A DNA stretch of 64,000 nt from Candidatus Altimarinota bacterium (GCA_039809385.1 JBDHUY010000004.1:32001-96000); one strand, 5' to 3'. Shown: positions 36,826 to 47,170, counted from the stretch's first letter. Notes: generated by a model from the sequence alone, not told the origin. Program-made: numbers and translations.

Positions 36826-37797
36826 TCATAACAACCCTACTTTTTTTCGTACATCCTTCATCGTATCCGCTGCGATACTCCGGGCTTTTATCCCGCCTTG
36901 TTTGATAATATCCAATACATAGTCCGTATTGTTCTTCAAGTCCCGATAGCGATCGCGCAGCGGTTTCAGTTCCCGCAGCATGACCTCGAACAGCGCTTCT
37001 TTGGCTTGTCCGTAGCCAAAGCCTCCGTTCTTATATTTTTCCGTCATCATCTGCCTCTCGCTTTCCGTCGCAAATAGCTTGTAGAGCTGGAATACATTAC
37101 AGGTAGCGGGATCTTTCGGCTCTTCCACTCCCTTGCTGTCTGTTTTGATACTTTTCACTTTTTTGAGAATACTGTTTTCGTCTTCGAACAGCATAATCGT
37201 ATTATTGTAACTCTTGCTCATTTTCTCCCCGTCCAGTCCCACGACCGTTTCGGTCTCTTCGTCGATCACCGCATCGGGCAGCGGAAAGGTTTCTCCGTAG
37301 GTCGCGTTGAAAATTTCGGCGATGTCGCGGGCAATTTCCACATGCTGTTTCTGATCTTTACCGACTGGTACTGCTGCCGGCTTATACATCAAAATATCGG
37401 CTGCCATCAGCACCGGGTAGTCGAAAAGGCCGACATTTATTTCGCGGTTTTTGGCCACCGCGTCTTTATAGGCGTGGGCCCGGTTGAGCACTCCCAGCGG
37501 TGTCAGACAATTAAATATCCAGGCCAATTCGGTATGTTCCGGCACGTCTGACTGCAGGAAAATAACTGCCTTTTCGGGGTCTAGTCCGCACGCCAGATAC
37601 TCGGTCGCCAGTTCGATGGTTTGTTCCTCCAGTTTAGAACCGTCTTTTACGGTCGTAATGGCATGCAGGTTGGCTAGAAAAGCATACATTTCATAACTAT
37701 CCTGACGGTCAATCCAGTGTTTGACCGCGCCCAGATAGTTGCCAACGTGCATTTGGGTTCCGGTCGGTTTCACGCCGGAAAGAAGTCGTTTTTTCAT
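36826..37797 (-). CDS. trpS: Tryptophan--tRNA ligase
   Basis: SGVKPTG..HVGNYLG, YPVLMAADIL, VPVGKDQ, KMSKS. Confidence 0.98.
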   Translation of the reverse strand: MKKRLLSGVKPTGTQMHVGNYLGAVKHWIDRQDSYEMYAFLANLHAITTVKDGSKLEEQTIELATEYLACGLDPEKAVIFLQSDVPEHTELAWIFNCLTPLGVLNRAHAYKDAVAKNREINVGLFDYPVLMAADILMYKPAAVPVGKDQKQHVEIARDIAEIFNATYGETFPLPDAVIDEETETVVGLDGEKMSKSYNNTIMLFEDENSILKKVKSIKTDSKGVEEPKDPATCNVFQLYKLFATESERQMMTEKYKNGGFGYGQAKEALFEVMLRELKPLRDRYRDLKNNTDYVLDIIKQGGIKARSIAADTMKDVRKKVGLL

Positions 37798-37812
37798 AAT
37801 TGTATAAGAGGG

Positions 37813-38248
37813 TTAAACTTGCTTGCCACTTCTTCTCAAAATTGATAGAAATGTTTCGGGTAAGATAAAATTTGTTTTATAGTATTTGTTTAAGACTAAT
37901 AAATCTTTATCCCGTGTAATTAGGTAGTCTGCTCTGGCCTTGAGAGCGCAGGCGAGAATGATGTCGTCATTTGGATCTCTTACAATTTGTATGATCGGTA
38001 TCTCGGAAACGGTAGAGCAAATGGATCGTATGAGTTTTATGTACTCCTTATTCTCTGTATTCTTGGAATAACGAAATAATCGTTTTAATCGTGGATAGGG
38101 GAGAACTCTTTCCGTTTCTTTTATGATTTCATTACATACGAAACACTGAACTCCTTTCTTCATGATATATTCAAGAACCTGGCTGGCAACGCCATCGGGG
38201 TAGAGGAATGCGTTTACAAAGACATTCGTATCACAGACGATTCTTAGT
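37813..38248 (-). pseudogene. PIN-domain toxin lacking a canonical start
   Basis: Frame extends upstream to LRIVCDTNVFVNA; RDPNDDIIL.CA..A.ADYLITRDKDLL; no ATG/GTG/TTG before the DTN motif. Confidence 0.75.
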
Positions 38249-38593
38249 GTTTTTCTCTTTCTGTTCTCTTCTAAACTGTTTAATGATATCCGTGAGTTCT
38301 TCTTCTTTCTCGGTATTTGTCATCTTTCTGTGCAGATATCTCTCCTTTACTTGTTGCTGAATCAGTCGTAATTTTTGCCATGCTTTTTCTTGCTCACTCT
38401 CTTTTGCTCTTTCTATCGGATGTAAAGAGAGCGCCTGTTTTTACAAAGATACGCACACGTAACTGCCTTCTTTAATGCACCATTGTTTTCGTATATCACT
38501 TGGAAAGCTGGCTAAGAGTTGCTTTGTAATACGCATCGTAGGAACTGTCTTTTTCCCTTTTCTTTCAGCTGAGCGGGAGATCGATGCAATCAT
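38231..38593 (-). pseudogene. AbrB/MazE-like antitoxin with in-frame stop
   Basis: Hand translation MRITKQLLASFPSDIRKQWCIKEGSYVCVSL*KQALSLHPI; TAA at 38441-38443. Confidence 0.7.
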
Positions 38594-38681
38594 AGATCTT
38601 TGTAAGGAGAAAACACTTATCAGGATACATTCCCCTTAGCGTATGTCAACGCGAACCTACTTGTTTACAACGATATCTTCC

Positions 38682-39728
38682 TCACGTCGTATTCACGGGA
38701 TCGACGTCGATCCGCCAGCCCGATTTAGGAGTTACAAATTTAAACAGAAGGTCGGGATCGGGACCTTTTAGTAAAATATGGTAATGATACTTGTTATGTT
38801 GTTTGTAAACTAAGGCCGGTGCGCGCCGTACTTCTATATCGGCCTCTTTCAATTCCTCTTTATGCTCCAGCAGCCAGGTTATTTCATTATACAAATGTTC
38901 GGCCTCGTGGCGGACCCGCTCTTCTTTTTCGTGAACGTACATCAATTTTATCAACTTTCCAAACGGGGGATACCCGAAATTTTTTCGTTCCTCGATCTCC
39001 TGGGCATAAAACCCGGCATAGTCGGCTTGCGCGGCGAAGCGGATGGCGGGCTGTTCGGGCACATAGGTCTGGATAATCACTTCCCCCTGGCTTCCCAGGC
39101 GTCCGGTGCGGCCCGCGACTTGGGTCAAAAGCTGAAAGGTGCGTTCCGAACTGCGGAAATCCGGGATCTGCAGCCCGATGTCGGCCAGAATCACCCCCAC
39201 CAGTCCTACATTCTCGATGTCTAGTCCTTTCGCGATAATCTGGGTGCCGATCAGAATATCGGTTTGTCCGCTCTTGAAATCTTGATAAATGCGTTCGAAA
39301 CCGGCTTTTTGAGCAGTACTGTCGCGGTCGGCTCGTGCAATTTTGGCATTTTTGAAGGTATCTTCGGCAATCTCGGTAATCTTTTGGGTGCCTATCCCGA
39401 AAAAACGGATATAGACCGATGTACAGTTGGGACAGATCGGAGGAACTTTTTCTCTTGACCCGCAATAATGGCACAGCATGAACAGGTCTTTGGGACCGCC
39501 GCCTTTGTGATACGCCATCGAGATATCGCATGAACGGCACTTCATGGTAAAGCCGCACTCGCGGCAGGTCAGCGACGACGAAAATCCGCGTTTGTTCAAA
39601 AAGAGAATGATCTGCTTTTTTTTGGCCAGGTTTTCTTCAATTTTTCGTTGTAAAAGCCGCGAGAAGATAGAGCGATTGCCGGCTGCAAATTCCTTTCTGA
39701 GATCGACAATGTGGGTGGTAGTGGGCAT
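38682..39728 (-). CDS. priA: Primosomal protein N', C-terminal part only (helicase lobe 2, Zn ribbons, CTD)
   Basis: Starts MPTTTHIVDLRKE; ILFLNKRGF, four CxxC, GTQIIAKGLD, QVAGRTGR, IDVDP; Walker A and DEEH absent. Confidence 0.92.
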   Translation of the reverse strand: MPTTTHIVDLRKEFAAGNRSIFSRLLQRKIEENLAKKKQIILFLNKRGFSSSLTCRECGFTMKCRSCDISMAYHKGGGPKDLFMLCHYCGSREKVPPICPNCTSVYIRFFGIGTQKITEIAEDTFKNAKIARADRDSTAQKAGFERIYQDFKSGQTDILIGTQIIAKGLDIENVGLVGVILADIGLQIPDFRSSERTFQLLTQVAGRTGRLGSQGEVIIQTYVPEQPAIRFAAQADYAGFYAQEIEERKNFGYPPFGKLIKLMYVHEKEERVRHEAEHLYNEITWLLEHKEELKEADIEVRRAPALVYKQHNKYHYHILLKGPDPDLLFKFVTPKSGWRIDVDPVNTT

Positions 39729-39945
39729 AAATTTAGCAAATTCATTGTTATTCTCATAGTAAGGTGCGGGAGTTAAAAATGGAAGTGAAAGACAAAGATT
39801 TGTTATGTATGAATGATATCCGCCCGTCCCGGTACGGACGGGAATTATAAATGATACAAAGAGGACGGGAGTTTGTTTTTTGAGCAAAATTGACTTACAA
39901 TGGAGTCGGTTTTCAGCATCGATACTTTCATTGTTTTGACATCCA

Positions 39946-41091
39946 ATGCTGCTGGCAAAAATCGTCGTTTCATCTTTTCTGCTCTTGCTTCTAGCCTCGT
40001 GCACTCCGCTATCTGATCCTTCCGGTACTATTTCGCATATCTCCCATACCCCTGAACAAACCGCCCCTGTAAAACTCAAAATCGCCGACCTGCTCACCGG
40101 GCTCGATACTCCCTGGCAAATGGTCTTTGCTCCGGCCGGCCGGCTCTTTTTTACCGAACGACCCGGACAGGTTCGTACCTACCGGGATGGGCAGCTCACT
40201 ACCTGGCTCAAGATCGACGGTGTGCTGGAACGGGGCGAAGCCGGTTTACTCGGCATTACTCTGGATCCGGCGTTTGAGCAGAACGGGTATGTCTATATGG
40301 CCTATTCTTATGCGGGTAAAGGAGGTGCCGTTTTAAACCGTCTGGCTCGTTATAAAGAAGATCCGGCTACTCAAACGGGTATTTTCGACCGAGTTCTGAT
40401 CGATGCAGTACCCGGTAACGATAACCATGACGGCGGTTTTGTCGCTTTCGGGCCGGATGGAAAGCTCTACTGGGCCGTCGGAGATCGTTTCCAGGACGAA
40501 ACGGCCCAAGATACATCTTCGTTGAACGGTAAAATCTTGCGGCTCAATGCCGACGGTTCTATTCCTGCCGATAACCCTTTTGCCGGCTCATACGTCTATA
40601 GCTTCGGCCATCGTAACGTCCAGGGAATCGTCTGGGATCGGCTTTCCGGCTTTATGTATGCTACCGAACACGGTCCGTCGGGCGGACAGGGGTGCTGTAA
40701 TGACGAAGTAAACCGTATCGAGAAAGGTAAAAATTACGGCTGGCCGACCATCCGCGGGTTGGAAGAGAAAGAAGGACTTTTGTCTCCTCTGGCGACCAGC
40801 GGAGATACGGTAACGTGGGCTCCGGCGGGAATTGTCTACTTGACCGAAGGTCCCTGGAAAAACTCGCTTCTGTTTACTGGACTACGTGGTGCAGGGTTGT
40901 ATCGTGCGATGCTGGACGATACCAAAACCAAGGTGATCGGGGTTGAAAAATATCTTGATCAAAAATACGGCCGTCTGCGGGCCATTGCGCTTTCTCCAGA
41001 GGGAATATTGTATATAGGAACCAGCAACCGCGATGGCCGGGGGAATCCCAAAGAGGGTGATGACAGGATTCTGGTCGTGACGATGGAGTAA
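39946..41091 (+). CDS. PQQ-dependent sugar dehydrogenase family lipoprotein
   Basis: Lipobox LASC; GEAGLLG, HDGG..AFGPDG.LY, GHRNVQG, NYGWP. Confidence 0.92.
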   Translation: MLLAKIVVSSFLLLLLASCTPLSDPSGTISHISHTPEQTAPVKLKIADLLTGLDTPWQMVFAPAGRLFFTERPGQVRTYRDGQLTTWLKIDGVLERGEAGLLGITLDPAFEQNGYVYMAYSYAGKGGAVLNRLARYKEDPATQTGIFDRVLIDAVPGNDNHDGGFVAFGPDGKLYWAVGDRFQDETAQDTSSLNGKILRLNADGSIPADNPFAGSYVYSFGHRNVQGIVWDRLSGFMYATEHGPSGGQGCCNDEVNRIEKGKNYGWPTIRGLEEKEGLLSPLATSGDTVTWAPAGIVYLTEGPWKNSLLFTGLRGAGLYRAMLDDTKTKVIGVEKYLDQKYGRLRAIALSPEGILYIGTSNRDGRGNPKEGDDRILVVTME

Positions 41092-41176
41092 GAGTTCAAA
41101 GCTCAAATCTCAAAAGTCAAAAGCTTGTACTCTCGCGAAGCGAAAGCATCAAAGTTCAAATCAATACTCCTTAGTG
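41092..41176 (+). repeat. Degenerate GTTCAAA arm after the stop codon
   Basis: Ends with caaagttcaaatcaatactccttagtg, identical to 6368-6394. Confidence 0.75.
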
Positions 41177-41191
41177 CTCTTCCTCTCTCTC

Positions 41192-41331
41192 ATACTCCTT
41201 CGCTTTCTATTTATTTCACCGCGGCGAATTATACTACGAAGCATTCAATAGTAACTACTCTATCTATAGAAAGCTCTTCTCAAAGCTTCGGAGTAGTATG
41301 TGGTGGTATCGTTTTGATGGCGAAGTACTAT
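41192..41331. repeat. ~130-bp dispersed palindromic element, copy 2
   Basis: Matches 16243-16373; partial third copy near 43754. Confidence 0.8.
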
Positions 41332-41451
41332 CAGATTGACAAATCCTCACTCGTCATTCACTAATCCTCATCAATGCTTCTCCTTTTTTGATAGTTTTCC
41401 CGTAATACCGTATACTGAAGAGGCTCGTTTTTTATTTCCTTAGCAATTCGT

Positions 41452-42099
41452 ATGAAATTCGGCATTATCGGATCGGGTGACGTTGCACAGGCTATCGGTC
41501 ACGGACTAATTCAGACGGGTCATGAAGTTCTGCTGGGGTCTCGCCAGACGGGAAGTGAGAAACTGAAAGATTGGCAGGTCAAAAATGGCGAGCGGGCTCG
41601 GACCGGATCCTTTAAAGAAGCGGCCGATTTCGGAGAGGTCGTCTTTTTGGCTACCTTGTGGTCCGGAACAGAGAATGCGCTTTCCATGAGCGAAATACAT
41701 AGTTTTTCCGGAAAAATTCTGGTCGATGTGACGAATCCGCTCGACTTTTCGGCTGGCATTCCTCCAAAACTCTCTCTTGGCTTCTCAGACTCTGCCGGTG
41801 AAACGGTTCAGCGCCTTCTTCCCGATATCCGTGTAGTCAAAGCTCTTAATATAGTCGGTAACGGTCATATGTACAAACCGTCGTTTCCCGAAGGAGTTCC
41901 GACAATGTTTATTTGTGGCAATGACGATGAAGCCAAACAGACGGTGCGCGAAATTCTTACCGCTTTCGGTTGGGACGATATCGTAGATATGGGTAGAATC
42001 GAAAAAGCTCGTTTGCTCGAACCGCTGGCTATGCTCTGGATTGAGTATGGTTTCCTGACCAATACCTGGGGGCATGCTTTCAAGCTTTTGCGTAAATAA
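41452..42099 (+). CDS. NADPH-dependent F420 reductase-like oxidoreductase
   Basis: GIIGSGDVA, DVTNP, VVKALN. Confidence 0.9.
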   Translation: MKFGIIGSGDVAQAIGHGLIQTGHEVLLGSRQTGSEKLKDWQVKNGERARTGSFKEAADFGEVVFLATLWSGTENALSMSEIHSFSGKILVDVTNPLDFSAGIPPKLSLGFSDSAGETVQRLLPDIRVVKALNIVGNGHMYKPSFPEGVPTMFICGNDDEAKQTVREILTAFGWDDIVDMGRIEKARLLEPLAMLWIEYGFLTNTWGHAFKLLRK

Positions 42100-42247
42100 T
42101 TATATCCGCGGAATGTTTTTGTTTCGGTTTGATGCACATATACATTCTTTAGGAATAAAGCTTGCATAAGATATTAAAACATAATACCTTTTTAAATCAG
42201 AAGTGTAAATATTGTCGGTGAAAGAATTTAAAAAAACTACTCTTGTC

Positions 42248-42904
42248 ATGCTTCCAAATCGTGTCGAAGCCGGTCGCCTGCTTGCAAAAAAACTCCTCTC
42301 TCTGCCTCAACCCGCCGGATCGTGCGTCATTAGCCTGCCCCGCGGCGGGGTAGTGGTGGGCGATCAGATTGCCCGTGAGCTGGGACTACCAATGGATATT
42401 CTCGTGGTGCGTAAAATAGGTATGGCAGGCCATTCAGAATATGCCATCGGTGCCATTTCGGAGCATGGCGAAACATTTTTGGATAATGAAACTATCAAAG
42501 AATACCGTGTATCCTGGGACTATATCGAGCGCGAAATCCATCATCAGAAAGAACATCTGGAGGAGTATAAACAGTCGTTCTCGCTGGACCGTAAAAGACT
42601 CGATCTTGCCGCCCAGAATGTCATTATCGCGGACGACGGTCTGGCTACCGGCCATACGATGCGTGTGGCCATTCAGGATATCAGGAAACAAAGGGCTAAA
42701 TCGATTACGGTTGCCATCCCGGTCGGTCCCAAGGAAACGGTACTGGCGTTAAAGGCTCTGGTAGATCGGGTGGTCGTTTTGAATATGCCGCGTTTTTTTT
42801 TCGCGGTAGGGCATCATTATACCCATTTCCCCCAGGTGGAGACCGCCGAAGTTGTCGAGTTGCTTCGAAATGCCGACAAATCTTTACGTTCTGAACACTC
42901 CTGA
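42248..42904 (+). CDS. Phosphoribosyltransferase
   Basis: LPRGGV, VRKIG, DDGLATG. Confidence 0.9.
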   Translation: MLPNRVEAGRLLAKKLLSLPQPAGSCVISLPRGGVVVGDQIARELGLPMDILVVRKIGMAGHSEYAIGAISEHGETFLDNETIKEYRVSWDYIEREIHHQKEHLEEYKQSFSLDRKRLDLAAQNVIIADDGLATGHTMRVAIQDIRKQRAKSITVAIPVGPKETVLALKALVDRVVVLNMPRFFFAVGHHYTHFPQVETAEVVELLRNADKSLRSEHS

Positions 42905-42937
42905 GTCGCGCTTTTAATAATTGTAACTATCCCTATA

Positions 42938-43750
42938 ATGCTTTGCTTTGCCGCTATCGTTCCGCATCCTCCGATCATTATCCCCGAAATCGGACAAAAC
43001 GATCTATGCGGGGCCGAAAAAACAATAAATGCTCTTCTGCGTCTGAGCCTTCTGTTTTCGGCTGCCCGGATCGATACAGTGATTCTGCTATCCCCGCATG
43101 CGGTCATCCTGCACGACCGGATCGCTTTGGGGCATGCTTCGAGGGGCGAGGGAAGTTTTGACTTTCTAGGTTTTCCCGGGGTGGCTCAGCAGTATTCTAA
43201 TGATACCAGCCTCATTCTCGACATCCGTTCATATGCGGCCGCATCGAAAGTTGCCACTGAATTGTACCGTTCTCCCGAGCTGGAAGACGCGGTGAAGCTC
43301 GATCACGGCATATTGGTACCCCTGTATTATTTCCAAAAAGCTGTTCAAAGATCCTTTCAAATAGCCGTTTGCAGTATTTCCGATTTTACTGTCAACAAGC
43401 ACTTTTCTTTCGGAAAAGCACTCCGCTCGGCAATCGATGCGTATCCGGATAAACGGATTGCCGTTGTTGCCTCGGCCGATCTCTCGCACCGTCTGAACGA
43501 TCAAACACCCTACGGCTTTCATGCTGACGGCAAAGTCTTTGACGAAATGCTGCGTCATTTACTACTCGAAAAAAATCTCGAAAAAATCGTCCAGATCGAT
43601 CGGGATCTGGTGGAAAATGCGGCTGCCTGCGGCTACCTGCCGATCGTCACATTGCTGGGATGTCTCTCTTTTTCCGACTTTTCTCCCGAACTGCTCTCTT
43701 ACGAAGCACCGTGGGGAATCGGTTATGCTGTGATGAATATGGGACTGTAA
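42938..43750 (+). CDS. AmmeMemoRadiSam protein B / LigB-like dioxygenase family
   Basis: VPHPP, SPH, DHG, SADLSH, YEAPWGIGY. Confidence 0.88.
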   Translation: MLCFAAIVPHPPIIIPEIGQNDLCGAEKTINALLRLSLLFSAARIDTVILLSPHAVILHDRIALGHASRGEGSFDFLGFPGVAQQYSNDTSLILDIRSYAAASKVATELYRSPELEDAVKLDHGILVPLYYFQKAVQRSFQIAVCSISDFTVNKHFSFGKALRSAIDAYPDKRIAVVASADLSHRLNDQTPYGFHADGKVFDEMLRHLLLEKNLEKIVQIDRDLVENAAACGYLPIVTLLGCLSFSDFSPELLSYEAPWGIGYAVMNMGL

Positions 43751-43813
43751 GCCTCATACTCCTTTGCTTTCAAGCCGATACATTATCCGCCTGGGTGAAC
43801 CACATGGCAAAAG

Positions 43814-43936
43814 AAACCAAATGCTCAAAAACCAAATATCAAATCAATCTCTAATGACAAAACTCAAATTATTGACAATCCAGTCAGGTGATATTTGGTT
43901 TTTTACATTCTTTTGAACTTTAGCATTTGAACTTTT
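43814..43936. repeat. Inverted pair of degenerate heptamer arms between convergent genes
   Basis: aaccaaatgctcaaaaaccaaatatcaaat ... gatatttggtt...ttttgaactttagcatttgaacttt. Confidence 0.65.
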
Positions 43937-43984
43937 TGCCCCACGCCACGGGTTTCTCGATCATGTAAATTTGGAACAGGACTA

Positions 43985-45586
43985 TCACTCTTCTACTTCT
44001 ATTTTGATATTTTCTGGGATGGTCGGGAGTGTCGGTGTCCAGATCGGCCAAAGCGAAATGCGGGCTTCGTTGATTTCTTTGAGGTTGTCGATGTAGCGCT
44101 GGGCCTCGTCTTTGGTTTTTCCGATAATGTTATCGCGGATCTGTTTAACCAGCTCCAGTTTCGTATTTAAAAAATCGTAGGCCACAATCCCCTCGAGCGA
44201 TGTGTTCACTTTGACGCGGGGAATCTCGGGAGCTGTTTCGAGGATTTCATTAATCTGGAGCGAATTGTCCTGGACTTTTATAATCTTTTCCGTCGGTGAA
44301 ACATGCTTCAGAGTCAGATTGGTCAGCAGAATCCGTTCCAGATCGACTTCATTGTAATAAAAACCGTTGGCGCGCATCCGTCCGGTACTGTCGAATTCCT
44401 GCCGTCGCTCGTTCTCTTTGGCTTTGACTTCAGAGTTCAGCAAATTTTTTCCGATGAGTTTGTCGCTCCGTTCGAATAATTTGAGCGAAGATCCGTCGTT
44501 GGTCTGTTTTTTCGATATCTCTTTTTTCAGCTCGGCAATACTGCTGCTTTCCAGTTCCGCAGTAACTTTTTGGCGGCCGATATCCAGATCTTTTTTTGTG
44601 ACGAAGTACTCGTAGTCGTCGGTTCCGCCTTTGAAGGCGTCCTGGCTTGTGGCGAAAATCAGCTGCTGGTTGGAGCGTGACAGTCCGGGGAAGAAAAAAC
44701 GGCTGGGGCCAATATTCCCGCGCGCTCCGATATAGGCATCAGCGGCGTCTTTTTCGCGTGCGGTAACTTCCACTCCGATTTGGCCGGGACGCGCGGCCGA
44801 CCCGCCGGGAATCGTGACAAAATTACGCGTGAGAAATACCAATCCGTCGGAAGTCTGCAAACGGCTGTTGGCGACGATCGGACGGGGTTCCGAAGTAGTG
44901 TTGAGCAATGTTACCGTCCCGGTGCTGCGCTGACCTTTAAAAATGCGTCCTGTGGGGGTTAATTTGATGGTGCGTTCATACTCGATATTGACCGGATACA
45001 AAGGGATTACTTTGTCTTCGGCGCTAGTGATTTTCCCTATCCGGCTGGCTTCGACCAGTTCTACGTTGAGGCTGCTTTTTTGCAATTTGAGACTGGGTTT
45101 CAGATACACTGTAGCCGAGGGTAGCGCTATATAGAGTACCAGAAAAAACAGTACCGTACTAAACAGGATAAACAGAAACAGTGGTCCGCGGCTTGGTTTG
45201 TTAAAAATGTACGGTTTGCGGTTGTCGTCGTTTTTCGATCCGAAAAATTTTCTCCAGCGTTCTCCCAGTCCCGACTTTTTTGCCGTCTCTGTGCCGTCGG
45301 TCGGGTCTTTTTTTTGTGCGGGATCAAAGCTCTTGTCTTCGATAACCGGGAAACCGGACTGCTCGATCCGGGCAATATTGCGTTTTTCGCGCGTGATCAT
45401 CGTAATCGTTTTTTTCATCTCTTCGCTTTTTCGTTTGAGGATCTTCAGATTCATCAAACTACTGAGCAAAATCGCCTGTTTGGGAACAAACAGGTGGATC
45501 TCTTTGGCCCGGCTGCTTTTGAGTTTTTCGTAAATATCCGGTAATTCGTCGTCGACTTCTACGATGATGATATGTTTCTGATTCAT
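43985..45586 (-). CDS. CPR-type membrane-anchored protein with baseplate-J-like region
   Basis: Single TM followed by LPSATV; G.VT..N, T.DGLVF, V.IPG, GNIGP, F.GG; IWTPTLP. Confidence 0.75.
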   Translation of the reverse strand: MNQKHIIIVEVDDELPDIYEKLKSSRAKEIHLFVPKQAILLSSLMNLKILKRKSEEMKKTITMITREKRNIARIEQSGFPVIEDKSFDPAQKKDPTDGTETAKKSGLGERWRKFFGSKNDDNRKPYIFNKPSRGPLFLFILFSTVLFFLVLYIALPSATVYLKPSLKLQKSSLNVELVEASRIGKITSAEDKVIPLYPVNIEYERTIKLTPTGRIFKGQRSTGTVTLLNTTSEPRPIVANSRLQTSDGLVFLTRNFVTIPGGSAARPGQIGVEVTAREKDAADAYIGARGNIGPSRFFFPGLSRSNQQLIFATSQDAFKGGTDDYEYFVTKKDLDIGRQKVTAELESSSIAELKKEISKKQTNDGSSLKLFERSDKLIGKNLLNSEVKAKENERRQEFDSTGRMRANGFYYNEVDLERILLTNLTLKHVSPTEKIIKVQDNSLQINEILETAPEIPRVKVNTSLEGIVAYDFLNTKLELVKQIRDNIIGKTKDEAQRYIDNLKEINEARISLWPIWTPTLPTIPENIKIEVEE

Positions 45587-45662
45587 AGGAAAAACGGTTT
45601 TTTTATACGTTGAAAATGTATATGAGAAAAGGCGGATGCGCAAGTATGCTCTCCATATACTC

Positions 45663-46073
45663 TTACGTATCGAAAAAATAGTGGTACCATTTTTCGGGAT
45701 TCGACTTGTCTTTGTAGAGTTCGGCTTGCTCTTCACGCGGATTGGACGTACTTGGCGGGGGAGTAAACAGCTCCTTGTTCCGGTCGTCGTTGTGGAGCAC
45801 GATGACCTGTTCTCCCGGGTTTATTTGATTCATTGTTTCTTTTTTTTCTTTTTCCAGGACCAGGCGCAATCCGGTCCGCAAATACTCGTACAGTTTTAGT
45901 TTGTTTTGCTGTTCCAGTCGTTTATTTTCGACTTCGAACTGTTTGATCTTCTGGTCGTACTGATAGTTAGAATAGATCGTGTTGGCAAGTGAGAAAAGTA
46001 CGGCAAAAAATACGATAAAAAGCGTGACGATGGCAACCTGCGAACTGGTCGGAATTACCTGATTTTTTATCAT
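45663..46073 (-). CDS. Septum formation initiator (FtsB/DivIC-like)
   Basis: N-terminal TM, coiled coil, PGE.VIV, NPEKW..YFF. Confidence 0.7.
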   Translation of the reverse strand: MIKNQVIPTSSQVAIVTLFIVFFAVLFSLANTIYSNYQYDQKIKQFEVENKRLEQQNKLKLYEYLRTGLRLVLEKEKKETMNQINPGEQVIVLHNDDRNKELFTPPPSTSNPREEQAELYKDKSNPEKWYHYFFDT

Positions 46074-46082
46074 GGAGGCCTG

Positions 46083-46367
46083 TTATATGTTCAAAATCCG
46101 TCCGAGTACTTGTCTTTTTTTGATAACTCCCAGTTCTGCCGATCCTTCTCCCCACGATAGCGTGCTTTCCACTCTGAATCCTGCCGGGAGTACCTCCCGT
46201 ATACGTTTGACATAGATCCGCTGTCCAGAGTCCTGCCGGAATACGATGAAATCGCCGGCACGCTTCCTCGCGACCGAAGTGGCGAAGTATTTTTTCCCCG
46301 GAATAAGATGCGGCCAGCAGCTTTCACCGCTGACCTTCACGCGAAATAATAGATTGGGAAGTCGCAT
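46083..46367 (-). CDS. sodX: Ni-SOD maturation protease (S26-like)
   Basis: VSGESCWP.L.PG, GD.IVF, VKR; directly after sodN. Confidence 0.75.
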   Translation of the reverse strand: MRLPNLLFRVKVSGESCWPHLIPGKKYFATSVARKRAGDFIVFRQDSGQRIYVKRIREVLPAGFRVESTLSWGEGSAELGVIKKRQVLGRILNI

Positions 46368-46373
46368 GTTTTT

Positions 46374-46874
46374 TTAAAACAATTTGTCGGTAATCTGTTT
46401 GTACGCTTCAAACCGTTCGGGGGCTTTTTTGACCGTATAAAATATCTCGGCGATCCGGTCGACCAGTTCGCATAATTTTTCGGCCGCCTCCTGGTCGGCT
46501 TCCTGTTTATTCTTAGAACACAGTTTGAGACTTTTCCAGAAAAGGTCGTGAATTTCGGGATATTGTTCCAGGTGTTCGGGTTTGAAAAAGTCCGACCAGA
46601 GAATGGAGAGTTCCTGTTTGCAGAGACGTGCTTGTTCTTCTTTGATCCAGATCCGGCGCACCAGCATATTATGATAATGGGTCATGGCAGCTGGATCGCT
46701 ACTGTCTGTGTCTTTGGGTGGCGCGATCTCTTTGAGTTGCATGACCATTCGCAGTACGGTTTTGGCGGCGACTTTAGCAGCCGTGGGATCGTAAATGCCG
46801 CATGGAACGTCGCAGTGGGCTTCGGCGGTTATTGTGGAAAACATATCGAAAAATGAAGAAGTAGGTAAAATCAT
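46374..46874 (-). CDS. sodN: Nickel superoxide dismutase
   Basis: Ni-hook AHCDVPCGIYDP; ILWSDFFKP; start may be 46844. Confidence 0.95.
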   Translation of the reverse strand: MILPTSSFFDMFSTITAEAHCDVPCGIYDPTAAKVAAKTVLRMVMQLKEIAPPKDTDSSDPAAMTHYHNMLVRRIWIKEEQARLCKQELSILWSDFFKPEHLEQYPEIHDLFWKSLKLCSKNKQEADQEAAEKLCELVDRIAEIFYTVKKAPERFEAYKQITDKLF

Positions 46875-47170
46875 CTTCTTTATTGTAGATTTTTCTGTAC
46901 TAATGTCAAAAGCCGAGAATTGCACCCGGTGTTCTGGGTGCGGGGTTTTTCCGGCATCGATATTGATAGAGATATAGTACTGCGATTCGTTACAATACTG
47001 TTTGTAGCCGTTTTAAATCAACTTGAAAAATCCGAATATGCGTGTGACAAGAACGTGGTCGGGAGCAATGCAATCGGGAAGGGAACCATCTGTTAGATCG
47101 ATGAGTTGTTTGTTACTGATACTTCTGTTACTATTCTGGTTGTTCTTTTTATCTTCCTATATGTATTACG

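Noticed and set aside
39729-40097. N-terminal 123 aa of the listed priA ORF
   Set aside because: Not PriA-like and overlaps the divergent PQQ gene; the real start is likely 39728
43985-45586. Prophage suggested by the baseplate-J-like protein
   Set aside because: No other phage genes; it is membrane-anchored and sits beside an ftsB-like gene
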